From IMG/VR virus record IMGVR_UViG_3300027832_000014: a stretch of DNA of 64,000 nt. The stretch is one strand, 5' to 3'. The notes under the pieces are model-generated. The model was not told where the DNA came from. It saw nothing but the letters and a program-made list of their open reading frames with translations, and ran no database searches. Numbering within the stretch: position 1 is the stretch's first letter; every line of letters begins with the position of its first letter. Made by a program: the position numbers and the translations under genes. Origin of the DNA: an uncultured virus (IMG/VR IMGVR_UViG_3300027832_000014) (Duplodnaviria > Heunggongvirae > Uroviricota > Caudoviricetes). Of the stretch, positions 49,685 to 60,177 are shown piece after piece.

Positions 49685-50365
49685 CTACATCCAGGAGTGT
49701 GCCCACACTCCCAAAGCAGTTTCTCGCTTCTGCATGGTACAGAGAAAAGCTTCTCTATCAAAAAGAACATAAGGGCACTGCCCTGTAAACCCCGTTACCT
49801 TGCAAAAATCCTCTGCATTCTCGTACACAAGTACATCTACAAAACAGTTTTCTATCCTATCTTTGTAAAGATGATACAAGGAAGCCCCTATGTCAGAATA
49901 TTGGTCTTCCCCCAGAAGAGGCATGTAAATTACAGATAAACCATCCATATCCTTGGGGTCTAAAGTCACGTGCCACACTATACCTTTTGGGAGTAATAAG
50001 AGGATCTCTGTAGTTCTGCTTACCGATACGGGTGTTGCTTCAGAAGGCCACCTGTTATCTATTTTCTCATTTTTGATTTTTTTGGCGAAGAAGGCTGTGT
50101 TGCTTTCTATTCGCGTTTTTAGATCCGATACCTTTATCTTAAACGTTGTTGTTTGTTGGAACCACGTAGACAGTACCTCAGAGAAGGCGTGGCCGGCGAT
50201 TATGGTCAGCAAGTCGTCCGCTATGTAGTGCGGCAGGTCTTCGTACGGCAGGTTGTTTGCCCGCAGGTACACGTTGTAGATGGGGCACACGTACACACGG
50301 TTTGGATTGTAGACGCGCTCTGGGGGCAAGATAGCCGTTCTAAACTGAGTGATACTGTTGAACAT
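49685..50365 (-). CDS. Hypothetical protein
   Basis: 226-aa ORF. Confidence 0.65.
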   Translation of the reverse strand: MFNSITQFRTAILPPERVYNPNRVYVCPIYNVYLRANNLPYEDLPHYIADDLLTIIAGHAFSEVLSTWFQQTTTFKIKVSDLKTRIESNTAFFAKKIKNEKIDNRWPSEATPVSVSRTTEILLLLPKGIVWHVTLDPKDMDGLSVIYMPLLGEDQYSDIGASLYHLYKDRIENCFVDVLVYENAEDFCKVTGFTGQCPYVLFDREAFLCTMQKRETALGVWAHSWM

Positions 50366-50833
50366 GGTTTGTCTTCCGTTTTTTTGTGGTGGGGTAGCTG
50401 TACTTCCAACAGGCAGATCTAATAGGCGAATACGTAGTTACCAGCGCTGGTGTCATCCCCGGATTTACTGCCAAGAACAATAAGATCCACCCCTGTTGAC
50501 TCCTTGCAGCCGCGGCTTTTTTTTGCCCGTGCGATCCATGGCGCGACGTGGTACTATCGCCGTTCGGGCACAAAGAAGGGTAACTCTCATGGTTGAAGAA
50601 CTCACCAGCTGGAACAAGACTCTCACCCTGCTGGCTGGCGGCATCGTGCTGGCGGCGACACTGGCCGCGGCGACACTAGCAGCGGCGTACATGGCGAAGG
50701 CGACATATGCGGCGGGGATACTGGCGGCGGATCCTGCGAGAGGAAAGCATGAGCGATGCATGGTTACATTGTACCTTAAATATCCCGCGTGTTCTTTTTC
50801 ATGTTGTAAGAACACCTTTGTTCTTGACCCCTA

Positions 50834-51346
50834 TTAGTGCACACAACAGACGTACCCTTCATATTTGCTTATTCTTTTTGTAACCACCGCTGTATCGTGC
50901 GCGTAGAGAAGGTAGGCTTTCAGATCAGTTACATTGTTAAACACGCTAAATTCTCTAGGCACTGTACCACCACCAAAGAAGGGTTTGGTTTGCACGATTA
51001 TTTTTCCGTTTGGCAGAAGGAAAGAGACTGGCCCTGGAAAGTAACTTGTCTGCTGAAGCAAAACTCTACAACTTAAGTTATATCCGGTGTGCACGAGTTT
51101 TTTAAGATGTTCATTAGACCACTGGAAAACTTTGCCCGCCCGCCCCTTTTTCTGCAGACAAGGTAACAGGGGAGTCGCATACCCAAGAACCTCTGCTATT
51201 GACCGGGAAGCTTGGTAGCGGTTTTCTTTTATAAAGTAGCTTTCGCACTTGTACACAAGTGGGGGGAGTCCCACCATGCCCGAAAACTCTTCTTGCAGAG
51301 CTTTCTTTGTTGGGGGAAGTATTATTGTAAGGTAGTTAAGTGACAT
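50834..51346 (-). CDS. ORFan family member
   Basis: C-terminal VFNNVTDLKAYLLYAHD. Confidence 0.65.
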   Translation of the reverse strand: MSLNYLTIILPPTKKALQEEFSGMVGLPPLVYKCESYFIKENRYQASRSIAEVLGYATPLLPCLQKKGRAGKVFQWSNEHLKKLVHTGYNLSCRVLLQQTSYFPGPVSFLLPNGKIIVQTKPFFGGGTVPREFSVFNNVTDLKAYLLYAHDTAVVTKRISKYEGYVCCVH

Positions 51347-51860
51347 CTTCCACCACCACTTTAGCCCATTGGGACGATATTTTCTTTAAGTAGGTATAAC
51401 CATACAGGAAGTTTATTGCTTGTGCACAATCCGCCATACTAGAAAACTCCGTAAAAGAAAGCATCCTAGGTTTCATGTAGTCAAAGAGCTTGGTTTGCTC
51501 ATTTATAAGAATAATACGGTTCTTGTTAAGAACCAATAGGCTTAGTCCAGGTGATTCTTCTTGGTAAATAGTAGCGGGGTAGGACGTGCCCGGGACCGTT
51601 TTTCTTGTTATGAGTTGCGAGAAGAATTTCTTTTTCATAATAGGGGTTTCTTTTGCCAGCACGTTTTCCAAGGAAACGGTAATACTTCTGTGCAGGGCGG
51701 TGCACATAGTTTCTTGTGCGTAGATACGCGTGGTATCTTTTGCAGAGACCGTGCCTGCAAACAAGTATGCGGGCTCGTACCCCCGTCCCGGGTGGACGTT
51801 AGGGTTACTTTCCCCCTCTCGTTTCAACCTAATTGGCAAGAAGCTTATAATAGTGTGCAT
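51336..51860 (-). CDS. ORFan family member
   Basis: C-terminal EFSSMADCAQAINFLYG. Confidence 0.65.
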   Translation of the reverse strand: MHTIISFLPIRLKREGESNPNVHPGRGYEPAYLFAGTVSAKDTTRIYAQETMCTALHRSITVSLENVLAKETPIMKKKFFSQLITRKTVPGTSYPATIYQEESPGLSLLVLNKNRIILINEQTKLFDYMKPRMLSFTEFSSMADCAQAINFLYGYTYLKKISSQWAKVVVEDVT

Positions 51861-51951
51861 AGCTAACCACCGTCGTCTCTGTCCGTTGCCCTTGGTGCCA
51901 CCCTACCAGTGTGGTCGATACATGACACTGTGTCCCTCGCAAATGTGCCCT

Positions 51952-52200
51952 TTAGGCGTGCAAAACCTCTACGTACATTGGCAGTAGCTCCCTCGGGTAC
52001 ATAAAGGGGTGCACTTTAACCAACTCACCTAGTTCTTTGAACCGTAAAACGCTTATATCAAATTCCTCTTCGTTCACGCGAGAAAAGGTCACCTATTGCT
52101 TCTCAATAAAAGATCAGTTTATTTTTCCAAAGGAGGTGGGTGCTTGTCCACAAAAGTATGCCTTATGCCTGTAAAACGATCTTATTGTGCAGCCCGGTGT
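51952..52200 (-). pseudogene. Probable degraded ORFan family member
   Basis: LLWKNKLIF / IEKQ* / ...RFKELGELVKVHPFMYP, broken by a frameshift and a stop. Confidence 0.4.
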
Positions 52201-52222
52201 CCCTAGCCACAATAGAACACGT

Positions 52223-52918
52223 TTAATACTTTTTCCTAACGCGCTGCCCTATGTTGCGGTAATCCCGCATAGGGCGCGTAGGGGCGGTCTGTTTTTGTAG
52301 TAGGTCCACAATTTTGGTTCTACGGTGCTTTCCTTTTCTAATAACAACTCTTCTTGCAGTAATAACATGGAGATCAAACATAAAGCTCAAAGCGCTTACA
52401 ATGTCCTTTGCATTGGTAAATTCAATGGGAGGACCTTCTCTTTCGTACGGTTGATTTCCTAACAGGGCAGAACCACGTACAAAAAAAGAAGTATCTTTCC
52501 CTTTCTGGTAAATAGATACCAGCCACCTGCCATCAATTTTAATTACTACACAAATCTTGCTGAGAATACCTTCCAATTCGAAGGGGGGAGGAGAAGCTCT
52601 AAAGACTTTGCTGATAGTGGGGTACATATATGCGTCTTGGTAAGCAACAATGCCATCCGCCGTTTCGCTTGGGAGAAACCTAATTGCGCTTAAAAAAGAG
52701 GCGGGCGACCGCACGGCGTAATCAAAAAGCATTTCCGGGGATAGTGGATCCTCCGGCATTCTATTTGAGAAAGTGGCTGAGACAATCCACCACGGGTCAT
52801 TTCTTCCTGGTTTAGGCACAACTCCATACTGCATAATGCTCCCGGAGTAGAACCCTTTTCTTTTTTGTATGGGAGGGAGCACTACGCAAAACTCTTCTGT
52901 CACTTTTTCTTGTATCAT
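52223..52918 (-). CDS. ORFan family member
   Basis: EFTNAKDIVSALSFMFD. Confidence 0.65.
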   Translation of the reverse strand: MIQEKVTEEFCVVLPPIQKRKGFYSGSIMQYGVVPKPGRNDPWWIVSATFSNRMPEDPLSPEMLFDYAVRSPASFLSAIRFLPSETADGIVAYQDAYMYPTISKVFRASPPPFELEGILSKICVVIKIDGRWLVSIYQKGKDTSFFVRGSALLGNQPYEREGPPIEFTNAKDIVSALSFMFDLHVITARRVVIRKGKHRRTKIVDLLQKQTAPTRPMRDYRNIGQRVRKKY

Positions 52919-53508
52919 TAGGAAAGAAACCCCGTGTTCCTTAAAGAAGCCTGCAAACCGTGCGCATATTCTAAGAAAAATGTTATTTCCTGCACACTAT
53001 TAAATTCGTTTATAGCGTACCGAACGCTTTTATTATTCTCTTCTTTACGCAGAAGAAACCATTTGCTCTTCTGGTCTTTCTTGGTAGCTGGCGTGCACTG
53101 CACCAAGATAAACTCGCAAGTAATTAGACGTTTTAAATAGCGGTACACGCTGGGGTGCATATCACACTGTTGTTGTAACAGGAGCACTATGTCTTTTCTT
53201 TTCCCGGACGATTGGTGCACGGTACTTAAAAAAGCTTGTTGTTCTGCTAGAACGCGATTAATAGTGTAGGAGTGGTCCGTGTTTTGTAACTGCGCCATCT
53301 TAAGAAGGTTTTCCAGTGGTAATTTGCCTGAATAGCCATTTGTTTCTTTCAAGTTCTTCCAAAACTGTTTTACGGAAAGACTAGGCACGGCTAACATCTT
53401 TTCCAATGGGCGCGGCTTACCTGACTCAAACTCTTTCCCGCAAGGAATCAGGTAGGCTTTTTTGGGTTGGGGATTCATTGTTCCCGAGAAAACAATCTTA
53501 CTCACCAC
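52918..53508 (-). CDS. ORFan family member
   Basis: EFNSVQEITFFLEYAHG. Confidence 0.65.
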   Translation of the reverse strand: MVSKIVFSGTMNPQPKKAYLIPCGKEFESGKPRPLEKMLAVPSLSVKQFWKNLKETNGYSGKLPLENLLKMAQLQNTDHSYTINRVLAEQQAFLSTVHQSSGKRKDIVLLLQQQCDMHPSVYRYLKRLITCEFILVQCTPATKKDQKSKWFLLRKEENNKSVRYAINEFNSVQEITFFLEYAHGLQASLRNTGFLS

Positions 53509-54088
53509 CGACCTCCACAGGGGACAGGTAAGCTTTGATAACGGATTGCCCGTGTGCGAAGGTTAATATGGCGTGCGCATCACTCATTCTTCCCAAAGTA
53601 AAAAGATGATAGGATCCTATCGCTTTTTTCTGCAATAAATCTTCATACCGAGTAGACATAGTGTCTTTTCCTTCGGAGTCCGGTTTTTGTAATAACCGTT
53701 TGTTTGCGCAAAGAACAATAAAATCCTTTCTTAGTACGAGAACGATAGCTCTTGCACCGCTGTACATCGCCATTGCATCCCCTATCTTGGGAGATCTAAG
53801 TTGTCTGTTTTTTATATGGCGAGATTTGGTGGGAACTACACCACATTTAGCCAAAATGTTCCAAAGCACTACCCCGGATAATTCCGCATCCTGCTGTGAA
53901 AAAAGACTCTCGTATTTACGTACTTCTTCATTAAGTACATAAAAAGCCGTGCGGCGCAAGTTGTTGTGATCCACTAGGCAGTACGGCATCTTCCTTGGAA
54001 GAAGCTCGTGCATAACCCTAAAGGAATATTCTTCCTCTGTTCCATCCTGAGACATTCTGGTCGCCCATCTCGTAGGTTTAAAGGCCAT
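53498..54088 (-). CDS. ORFan family member
   Basis: TLGRMSDAHAILTFAHG. Confidence 0.65.
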   Translation of the reverse strand: MAFKPTRWATRMSQDGTEEEYSFRVMHELLPRKMPYCLVDHNNLRRTAFYVLNEEVRKYESLFSQQDAELSGVVLWNILAKCGVVPTKSRHIKNRQLRSPKIGDAMAMYSGARAIVLVLRKDFIVLCANKRLLQKPDSEGKDTMSTRYEDLLQKKAIGSYHLFTLGRMSDAHAILTFAHGQSVIKAYLSPVEVGGE

Positions 54089-54108
54089 GTCTTACGTAAT
54101 TCACCACT

Positions 54109-54861
54109 TTAGTATCTCACCCCATTATTTGAGAAAGTTCGGATAAGCGTGTGATGCGTTAAGTTTACAGCATTGGCTAGATCGCTAAACGTTCTAAGAT
54201 CAAAATCGCCTTCCACCATTAAAATAGTAAAAATGGCACCCTGCCGGCGCCGGTCCATCTGCTCCGTGTGCCCAATTCCTGCTTTGGATAAAGTAATTAC
54301 CCCAAAATCAGGTATGCTCAAGCAAACGTAATATCTTCCTACAGGCTCCTTTTGGTACAAAATAAATAGAGACGTGGGCACTTCGGTAGGTAAGGTTGGC
54401 TCCCAAAAAAAGTTCTTAATTTGCAAATGATTTAAGAACAAGTTGAGTATCCTTTCTTGGTGCTGTTCTAAAAGGGTATAGTAGTTGCTAAGACGCAAGT
54501 AATTATCTTTCTTGTACCGTACCCCGGTGGGGGCAGAAGATTGTTGCCCAATGTTCCAGTTGTTAAAAGAAATCCCGCCAAATTCCGTTAGAACCACCTC
54601 ATTGTAATCTGTGTCATTTTCCTTCTTAACAAGAAGTTCTCCTTTAAAGAAACTCCACAAATCTTCTTCTGATAGATTTATACGGTAGCTGTGATCTACA
54701 ATGTCCTGCTTAACAAGAACCGCTTCCGTGGTTACAATGCACTTAATCATTTTGGAATCGTGTCCTAACAACCTAGGCACCACGAAACGCCCAATGTTTT
54801 CTTTCTCAGGGTAGTACAAAACAAAGTCAGGTGGTGCTCTTGTCTCAGATATGGGGGGCAT
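54109..54861 (-). CDS. ORFan family member
   Basis: DLRTFSDLANAVNLTHH. Confidence 0.6.
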   Translation of the reverse strand: MPPISETRAPPDFVLYYPEKENIGRFVVPRLLGHDSKMIKCIVTTEAVLVKQDIVDHSYRINLSEEDLWSFFKGELLVKKENDTDYNEVVLTEFGGISFNNWNIGQQSSAPTGVRYKKDNYLRLSNYYTLLEQHQERILNLFLNHLQIKNFFWEPTLPTEVPTSLFILYQKEPVGRYYVCLSIPDFGVITLSKAGIGHTEQMDRRRQGAIFTILMVEGDFDLRTFSDLANAVNLTHHTLIRTFSNNGVRY

Positions 54862-55082
54862 TGTTTGCTAGTCCTGTGCAGAGAAAAGGCTTGCCCGCAG
54901 TATATACAACAACTTGTTTTGGCTAAAAGGTTCACGGTGCCATTGTTTATCCGCTTTACAAATAGGTGTAGCCCCAACTAGAGGAAGACATACTCATAGT
55001 TTGGTGTGGTTGATATGGTAGTGCAGATAAAGGTATATTTCGTGTTTGCCTCAACATGCACCTGTAAAAAGGGCCGAACACA

Positions 55083-56591
55083 ATGCCTAACCTGCTTCAG
55101 CGCATTCTTACGGGCCATAGCGCCCCTTCCTTTGAGAAGGTGGGGCAGGAATTTGGTATCAACAAAGACCTGTTGCCCCCAATGTTTTCCAACTCCGTAC
55201 TTAGTGGTACCACCGCTCCCCAAACGGGTACATACGAATTACTAGAAGCCTACGGAAAGTTCCCGTGGCTTTTTTCCATTTTTGGCAAGGTAGCCAGTAG
55301 CGTTAGCCAGACTATGTGGACGCTGTACGCCGCTAAGGATAACAGCCGGAGCAAGGGTGGAAGCAAGTACCTCAAACTATCTTGTATGCAGGCGGGCGAG
55401 CAGGCGTACCGTTCGGCTTACCGAAAGTCCATGGCCCACCGTAGCAGCCTTGAGTTCGAGCAGCAGTTTAACCATCCTCTAATGGACCTGCTCTCTTACG
55501 GTAATGAGATGATGGACGGCAACGCGGTTCTTCGAGTTACCCAAACGCATATCGATCTTGCTGGCGAGGGATTCTGGTATTTGGAGAAGGACCCTAAGTT
55601 TGGTGTGCCTTCCGCTATCTGGCCCATCCCGCCGCATTGGGTAATGAACTTTCCCACAAGGGACCACATGTTCTACAAGTTGCGCTACCTTGGGCAGGAA
55701 ATTGAGATTCCAGTTACCCACATGGTAGCCTTCATTAATCCGAACCCGGCGAATCCATACGGGCGTGGCCGTGGCCTTGGCCGTGCTATTGCCGATGAGC
55801 TGGAAACAGACGAGTACGCATCCAAGCACACTAAGAACTTTTTCTACAACCAAGCCCGCCCCGACGTTATCGTTAGTGGCGCTTCCATTACGCGAGACGA
55901 TGCAAACCGCCTAGAGAACCAGTGGAACAGCAAGTTTCGTGGTTTCTGGCAGGCGTGGAAACCTTACTTCCTTACCCGGGACATTAAGGTCCACCAGCTA
56001 ACACAGGGCTTTGAGAACCTGCACATGATTGAACTGCGCAAGTTCAACCGTGATATGTTCATCAGCGTTCTTGGTGCGCCGCCCGAGAAGTTTGGTATCG
56101 TCAACGAATCCAAGCGCGCAACCATTGCCGCCGCGGACATGTTTTGGAACAAGGACATTATCTCGCCCCGCGTTAACTTCCTTCGCGGCATCATCCAACG
56201 AGAACTTGTTCCTCTGTTTGATGAACGGCTTATCTTGGACTTCGAGTCCCCGGTGTCCGAGGACAAGGACTACGAACTCGACGTAATGAAAGCTGCACCG
56301 TGGGCCTTTACCAAGAATGAGTGGCGTGTGCAGGCGGGCAAGATGGATCTTGGCGAGGCAGGCGAAGTGTTCCACAGCCCGCTTAACGCTGTCGAGTTTG
56401 GCGTAGACGAGGGTATGCCTGAAGTGAAGGTGGCTGCGGGCGCTGGTTCAGACCCTAACAAGGTACCTGAGGAGTCCGGCGATGGAACTAACCCCGCGGA
56501 CAACCAGCAGGCCAGCGCTTCGGTGCTTACTTTTCCCTCTGCGGAGATAGTTACCGAAATCAAAAAAATGATCATCGGCCCCGGTAGTTGA
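55083..56591 (+). CDS. Portal protein (HK97 family)
   Basis: LAGEGFW, IWPIPP, NFFYNQARP, LGAPPEKFG, TKNEWR. Confidence 0.92.
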   Translation: MPNLLQRILTGHSAPSFEKVGQEFGINKDLLPPMFSNSVLSGTTAPQTGTYELLEAYGKFPWLFSIFGKVASSVSQTMWTLYAAKDNSRSKGGSKYLKLSCMQAGEQAYRSAYRKSMAHRSSLEFEQQFNHPLMDLLSYGNEMMDGNAVLRVTQTHIDLAGEGFWYLEKDPKFGVPSAIWPIPPHWVMNFPTRDHMFYKLRYLGQEIEIPVTHMVAFINPNPANPYGRGRGLGRAIADELETDEYASKHTKNFFYNQARPDVIVSGASITRDDANRLENQWNSKFRGFWQAWKPYFLTRDIKVHQLTQGFENLHMIELRKFNRDMFISVLGAPPEKFGIVNESKRATIAAADMFWNKDIISPRVNFLRGIIQRELVPLFDERLILDFESPVSEDKDYELDVMKAAPWAFTKNEWRVQAGKMDLGEAGEVFHSPLNAVEFGVDEGMPEVKVAAGAGSDPNKVPEESGDGTNPADNQQASASVLTFPSAEIVTEIKKMIIGPGS

Positions 56592-56643
56592 ACACATCCT
56601 CCTTTCCACCCTATAGTTTGCCATATCAGCGGAGCTCCAAAGC

Positions 56644-58833
56644 ATGACAACCTCGAACGGGCTAACCTACGTCTCTTCCAAGCAGTTCCACCGGACTGAC
56701 GGGGGTGACACTGGACTGGTAGCCGTCAATAAGCGTATGGCGTCTTCCTTGCAGATTATGCCCGCCGTACAAGACGGGGAAGCCCCCCGCCGCCTCGTTC
56801 GCCTTACCACTTCCAACGGTAGCGTTGACCGAGAGCAGGACCGGTTTGAACCCAAGGGTTGGCAGCTCGACAACTACTTGCAGAACCCTATTGTGCTGTT
56901 TGCGCATAACCGTAGCGCCCCTCCCATTGGAAAGTCCAACAAGACCTATGTGGAGGGCGATAAGCTAATTGCCCTCACAGAGTTTGCGGACGTGGACGTG
57001 GATACCAGTGGTTTCTCGGACATGATTTACCGCATGATCGCCGCAGGTTTCCTACGTGGTTGCTCCATGTCCTTTATCCCCATTGAGTTTAAGCGGGCCA
57101 CGGACCCGGCGCGCAAGCATGGTTTTGACTTCCTTAAGCAGGAGCTTTTGGAAATCTCCATCGTACCCCTCCCCGCAAACCCTTCCACGCTCGTTGGTGC
57201 GAAGAGTTTGGGTATTAACATGTCCCCCATGGTTGCTTGGGCTACTGGCGTGCTGGATAGCTGGGATACGCTTGAAGAAGAGCTGCCTGTGGGTCGGAAG
57301 GAGGTTGAAAGCGCCCGTATTGCCGCCATGCAGAGTATGAATCAGGTGCCTTCCGTGCTGTTCGACTTAACCGCCATGCGGCCCATTACCGAAAAAGAAG
57401 ACCCCTGCGCCACAGCTAAAGAGTTGGAGGAAGAGGGTCAAACCGTTTTAATCGAAGAAGAGGAAGCCCCGGTGAATACCGAAGAAAAGATGGAGGAGGA
57501 AGATACGGTCGTTACTGAGGAAGCTTCGGTTGAGGTAGAGGAAGATCCCAAGGACGACGACGAGTACTCCGCGCCCAAGAAAAAGGGTAAGGGTAAGAAG
57601 ACGCCCGAGCCCGAGGAAGACGAGGAAGACGAAGACGAGGAGGAAGACCCCGAGGAAGACCCCGAGGAAGACCCGAAGGCTGCCGAAGCTACTATCTTCC
57701 TTGCTATTGAAGACGGCGAGATCCCCGCCTCGAAGCTGGAAAAGAGCTTTGCAGGTAACGACGTGGGCAGTGCCCTTCCCAATATCTCTTTGCGCGTGTT
57801 TGGTCGCCCGCTCCTGCTCGAAAGCAGCAAGGCGGAGATTATCCTCGGTGTGCTGCACAGCCACGCCAACAGGGCACAGGCGGACAACAATCCGTTTGGG
57901 CAGGAGAATGAGAAGGATCTGAAAGAGCGCAAACTGTTCCAAGACATTGGTGGTGGCGTTGCGCTTATTACCATTGATGGCACCTTGGTTAACCGCGGTG
58001 CTTGGATTGGTGCCAGTTCAGGCATGGTGTCCTACGAGGGTATTCGTGCACAGCTTTCCTCGGCCATGGCGGACAAGGCGGTAAAGGCCATCGCGCTGGA
58101 TATTGAAAGCCCCGGTGGTGAAGCCTCGGGCTGCTTCGACCTAGCGGAAGAGATCCACAAGATGCAGGAAACCAAGCCCATCTATGCCGTAGTCAATGAT
58201 TATGCCTTTAGCGCGGCGTATTTGATTGCTTCTTCCTGCACGCGCATCTATGTAAGCCAGTCGGGCGGCGTTGGTTCCGTTGGTGTTATTCACATGCACG
58301 CAGAAGCTTCCAAGATGCACGAACAGATGGGTGTCAAGTACACAATCGTGCGTGCGGGCAAGTACAAGGCGGAGAATAACCCCTTTGAGCCGTTGTCCAA
58401 GGGAGCCAAGCGTCGCACACAGGAAGAGGTCGATCGCAGCTACGATATCTTTACAAATGCCGTGGCGCGCAACCGCAGTATGGACGTAGAGGAAGTGGTT
58501 GCTACCGAAGCTCGCCTGTATTGGGGTGAGAAGGGTGTTGCGGTCGGGTTTGCCGATGTTGTTATGTCCCCCTCGCAGGCATTGCAGCATATCGTGGAAG
58601 AGACCTCCGGTAACAAGGACATTTCGATTGCTGTTGAAAGTATTGCAGACGCCCCCGAGGAAGAGGATGACGCAGAATACATGCGCCTCGAAATCGGCGG
58701 AGAGATCTACCGGGTTAAACAGTCGGTAGTAAATGAGTCCGTGCAGCGTGCGCTTGCCGGTTCTATCAGTGGTATGGCCATAGAAGAGCTAGTGCAGGGC
58801 GAGCTTCGGAAACGCACCGGGCGCTTGTCTTAA
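56644..58833 (+). CDS. HK97 prohead protease fused to an S49 (SppA-like) peptidase
   Basis: VDREQD, NPIVLFAHN, PPIGK, CSMSF, LLEISIVPLPAN; acidic linker; DIESPGG, AFSAAY, GSVGV, AGKYK. Confidence 0.92.
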   Translation: MTTSNGLTYVSSKQFHRTDGGDTGLVAVNKRMASSLQIMPAVQDGEAPRRLVRLTTSNGSVDREQDRFEPKGWQLDNYLQNPIVLFAHNRSAPPIGKSNKTYVEGDKLIALTEFADVDVDTSGFSDMIYRMIAAGFLRGCSMSFIPIEFKRATDPARKHGFDFLKQELLEISIVPLPANPSTLVGAKSLGINMSPMVAWATGVLDSWDTLEEELPVGRKEVESARIAAMQSMNQVPSVLFDLTAMRPITEKEDPCATAKELEEEGQTVLIEEEEAPVNTEEKMEEEDTVVTEEASVEVEEDPKDDDEYSAPKKKGKGKKTPEPEEDEEDEDEEEDPEEDPEEDPKAAEATIFLAIEDGEIPASKLEKSFAGNDVGSALPNISLRVFGRPLLLESSKAEIILGVLHSHANRAQADNNPFGQENEKDLKERKLFQDIGGGVALITIDGTLVNRGAWIGASSGMVSYEGIRAQLSSAMADKAVKAIALDIESPGGEASGCFDLAEEIHKMQETKPIYAVVNDYAFSAAYLIASSCTRIYVSQSGGVGSVGVIHMHAEASKMHEQMGVKYTIVRAGKYKAENNPFEPLSKGAKRRTQEEVDRSYDIFTNAVARNRSMDVEEVVATEARLYWGEKGVAVGFADVVMSPSQALQHIVEETSGNKDISIAVESIADAPEEEDDAEYMRLEIGGEIYRVKQSVVNESVQRALAGSISGMAIEELVQGELRKRTGRLS

Positions 58834-58857
58834 CAGGTGCCTCCCAAAACAAAGGAC

Positions 58858-60129
58858 ATGAGGAAAGACATGGAAGACGACAAGAAGACTGCCGCTGCCG
58901 ATTCCGGCAAGCCGGTTAACATTAACGACATCGTTGCCGATGCCGTTGCAAAGGCTCTCACTGGTTTCCAGCCTACCGAGGCCAACGAAGCCAAGACCAG
59001 CGACCCGGCCAGTGGTTTCGTGGACCGTGTTCGTGGCGTTAGCACGCATACGAGCGCCACACATGGCCGTGACCGTATGCCCACCAGTGGTCGCCCGCAG
59101 GACGTGGGTATCGCCGCTGGTCGATACGTGCGTGCACTGGCGTTCGGTCGTGGTGACGGCCATCGTGCCGTGCATTTCGCCAAGAACGCTTGGGACGACG
59201 ATCTGGGCGATCATCTGCAGAAGGCCCTCTCCGCTGGCGACATGACGGGCGGTGGTTTTATGATTCCCCCGGAGTACTCGGCGGAAATCATCGAGCTGCT
59301 TCGTGCCCGTTCGGTGGTTCGCGCCGCAGGTGCCCGTTCGGTGCCGATGCCCAATGGTAGCCTCACCATGCCCCGCCAGCTTACTTCGGCTAGCGCGGCC
59401 TATGTGGGCGAGAATCGTTCGATTTCTTCCTCGGAACCGACGGGCGGACAGCTCGTCATGGTTGCCAAGAAGCTGGCAGCGCTGGTTCCGATCTCGAACG
59501 ACATGCTCAACTACGCTTCGGGCAACGACGCGGACGCTTTCGTGCGTGACGACCTGATCCAGTCGCTTGCTACCCGCGAAGATCAGGCTTTCCTGCGCGA
59601 TGACGGTTCGCAGAGCAAGCCCAAGGGTATGCGCCATTGGTCGAACAACCTTGTGCCCACGACCGGCACGTCCGCGGCGCAGATCGAGGGGGACCTCAAG
59701 GACCTCATCAATGCTCTGCAGATGGACAACGTGAAGATGGTTCGCCCCGTCTTCTTCATGGCCCCCTCGGCCAAGAACGCGCTGTCGATCCTGCGGGACA
59801 GCAACGGCAACCTGATCTACCCCGAACTGAAGATGGCTGTGCCGACGCTGTGGTCGTATCCCGTCTTCACGTCCACCAACATCCCGGTCAACTTGGGCGC
59901 TGGTGGCAATGAGTCGGAAGTGTACCTCACGGACATGAACGACGCACTGATCGGCGAGATCCAGGGCATTGAGATTGCCGTGGATACTTCCGCTTCGTAC
60001 ACGGATGGCGCTTCGCAGGTGTCTTCGTTCGAGCGGGACCAGACCCTGATGCGTGCCATCGAGCGCCATGACTTCGCCATGCGCCATGACGAGTCGGTTG
60101 GTGTCCTCACCGGCATCACTTGGCAGTAA
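58858..60129 (+). CDS. Major capsid protein (HK97 fold); exact start uncertain
   Basis: GGFMIPPEYSAEIIELLR, AAYVGE, KKLAALVPISN, LRDSNG, FERDQTLMR. Confidence 0.95.
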   Translation: MRKDMEDDKKTAAADSGKPVNINDIVADAVAKALTGFQPTEANEAKTSDPASGFVDRVRGVSTHTSATHGRDRMPTSGRPQDVGIAAGRYVRALAFGRGDGHRAVHFAKNAWDDDLGDHLQKALSAGDMTGGGFMIPPEYSAEIIELLRARSVVRAAGARSVPMPNGSLTMPRQLTSASAAYVGENRSISSSEPTGGQLVMVAKKLAALVPISNDMLNYASGNDADAFVRDDLIQSLATREDQAFLRDDGSQSKPKGMRHWSNNLVPTTGTSAAQIEGDLKDLINALQMDNVKMVRPVFFMAPSAKNALSILRDSNGNLIYPELKMAVPTLWSYPVFTSTNIPVNLGAGGNESEVYLTDMNDALIGEIQGIEIAVDTSASYTDGASQVSSFERDQTLMRAIERHDFAMRHDESVGVLTGITWQ

Positions 60130-60177
60130 TCCGGTAACGGGCCAGCAGTAACCACACAAACGAAAGAGGTAACTTAG

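Noticed and set aside
50590..50760. Ala-rich GCGGCGACACT repeats with ORFs on both strands
   Set aside because: The coding frame cannot be decided and evidence is too thin.
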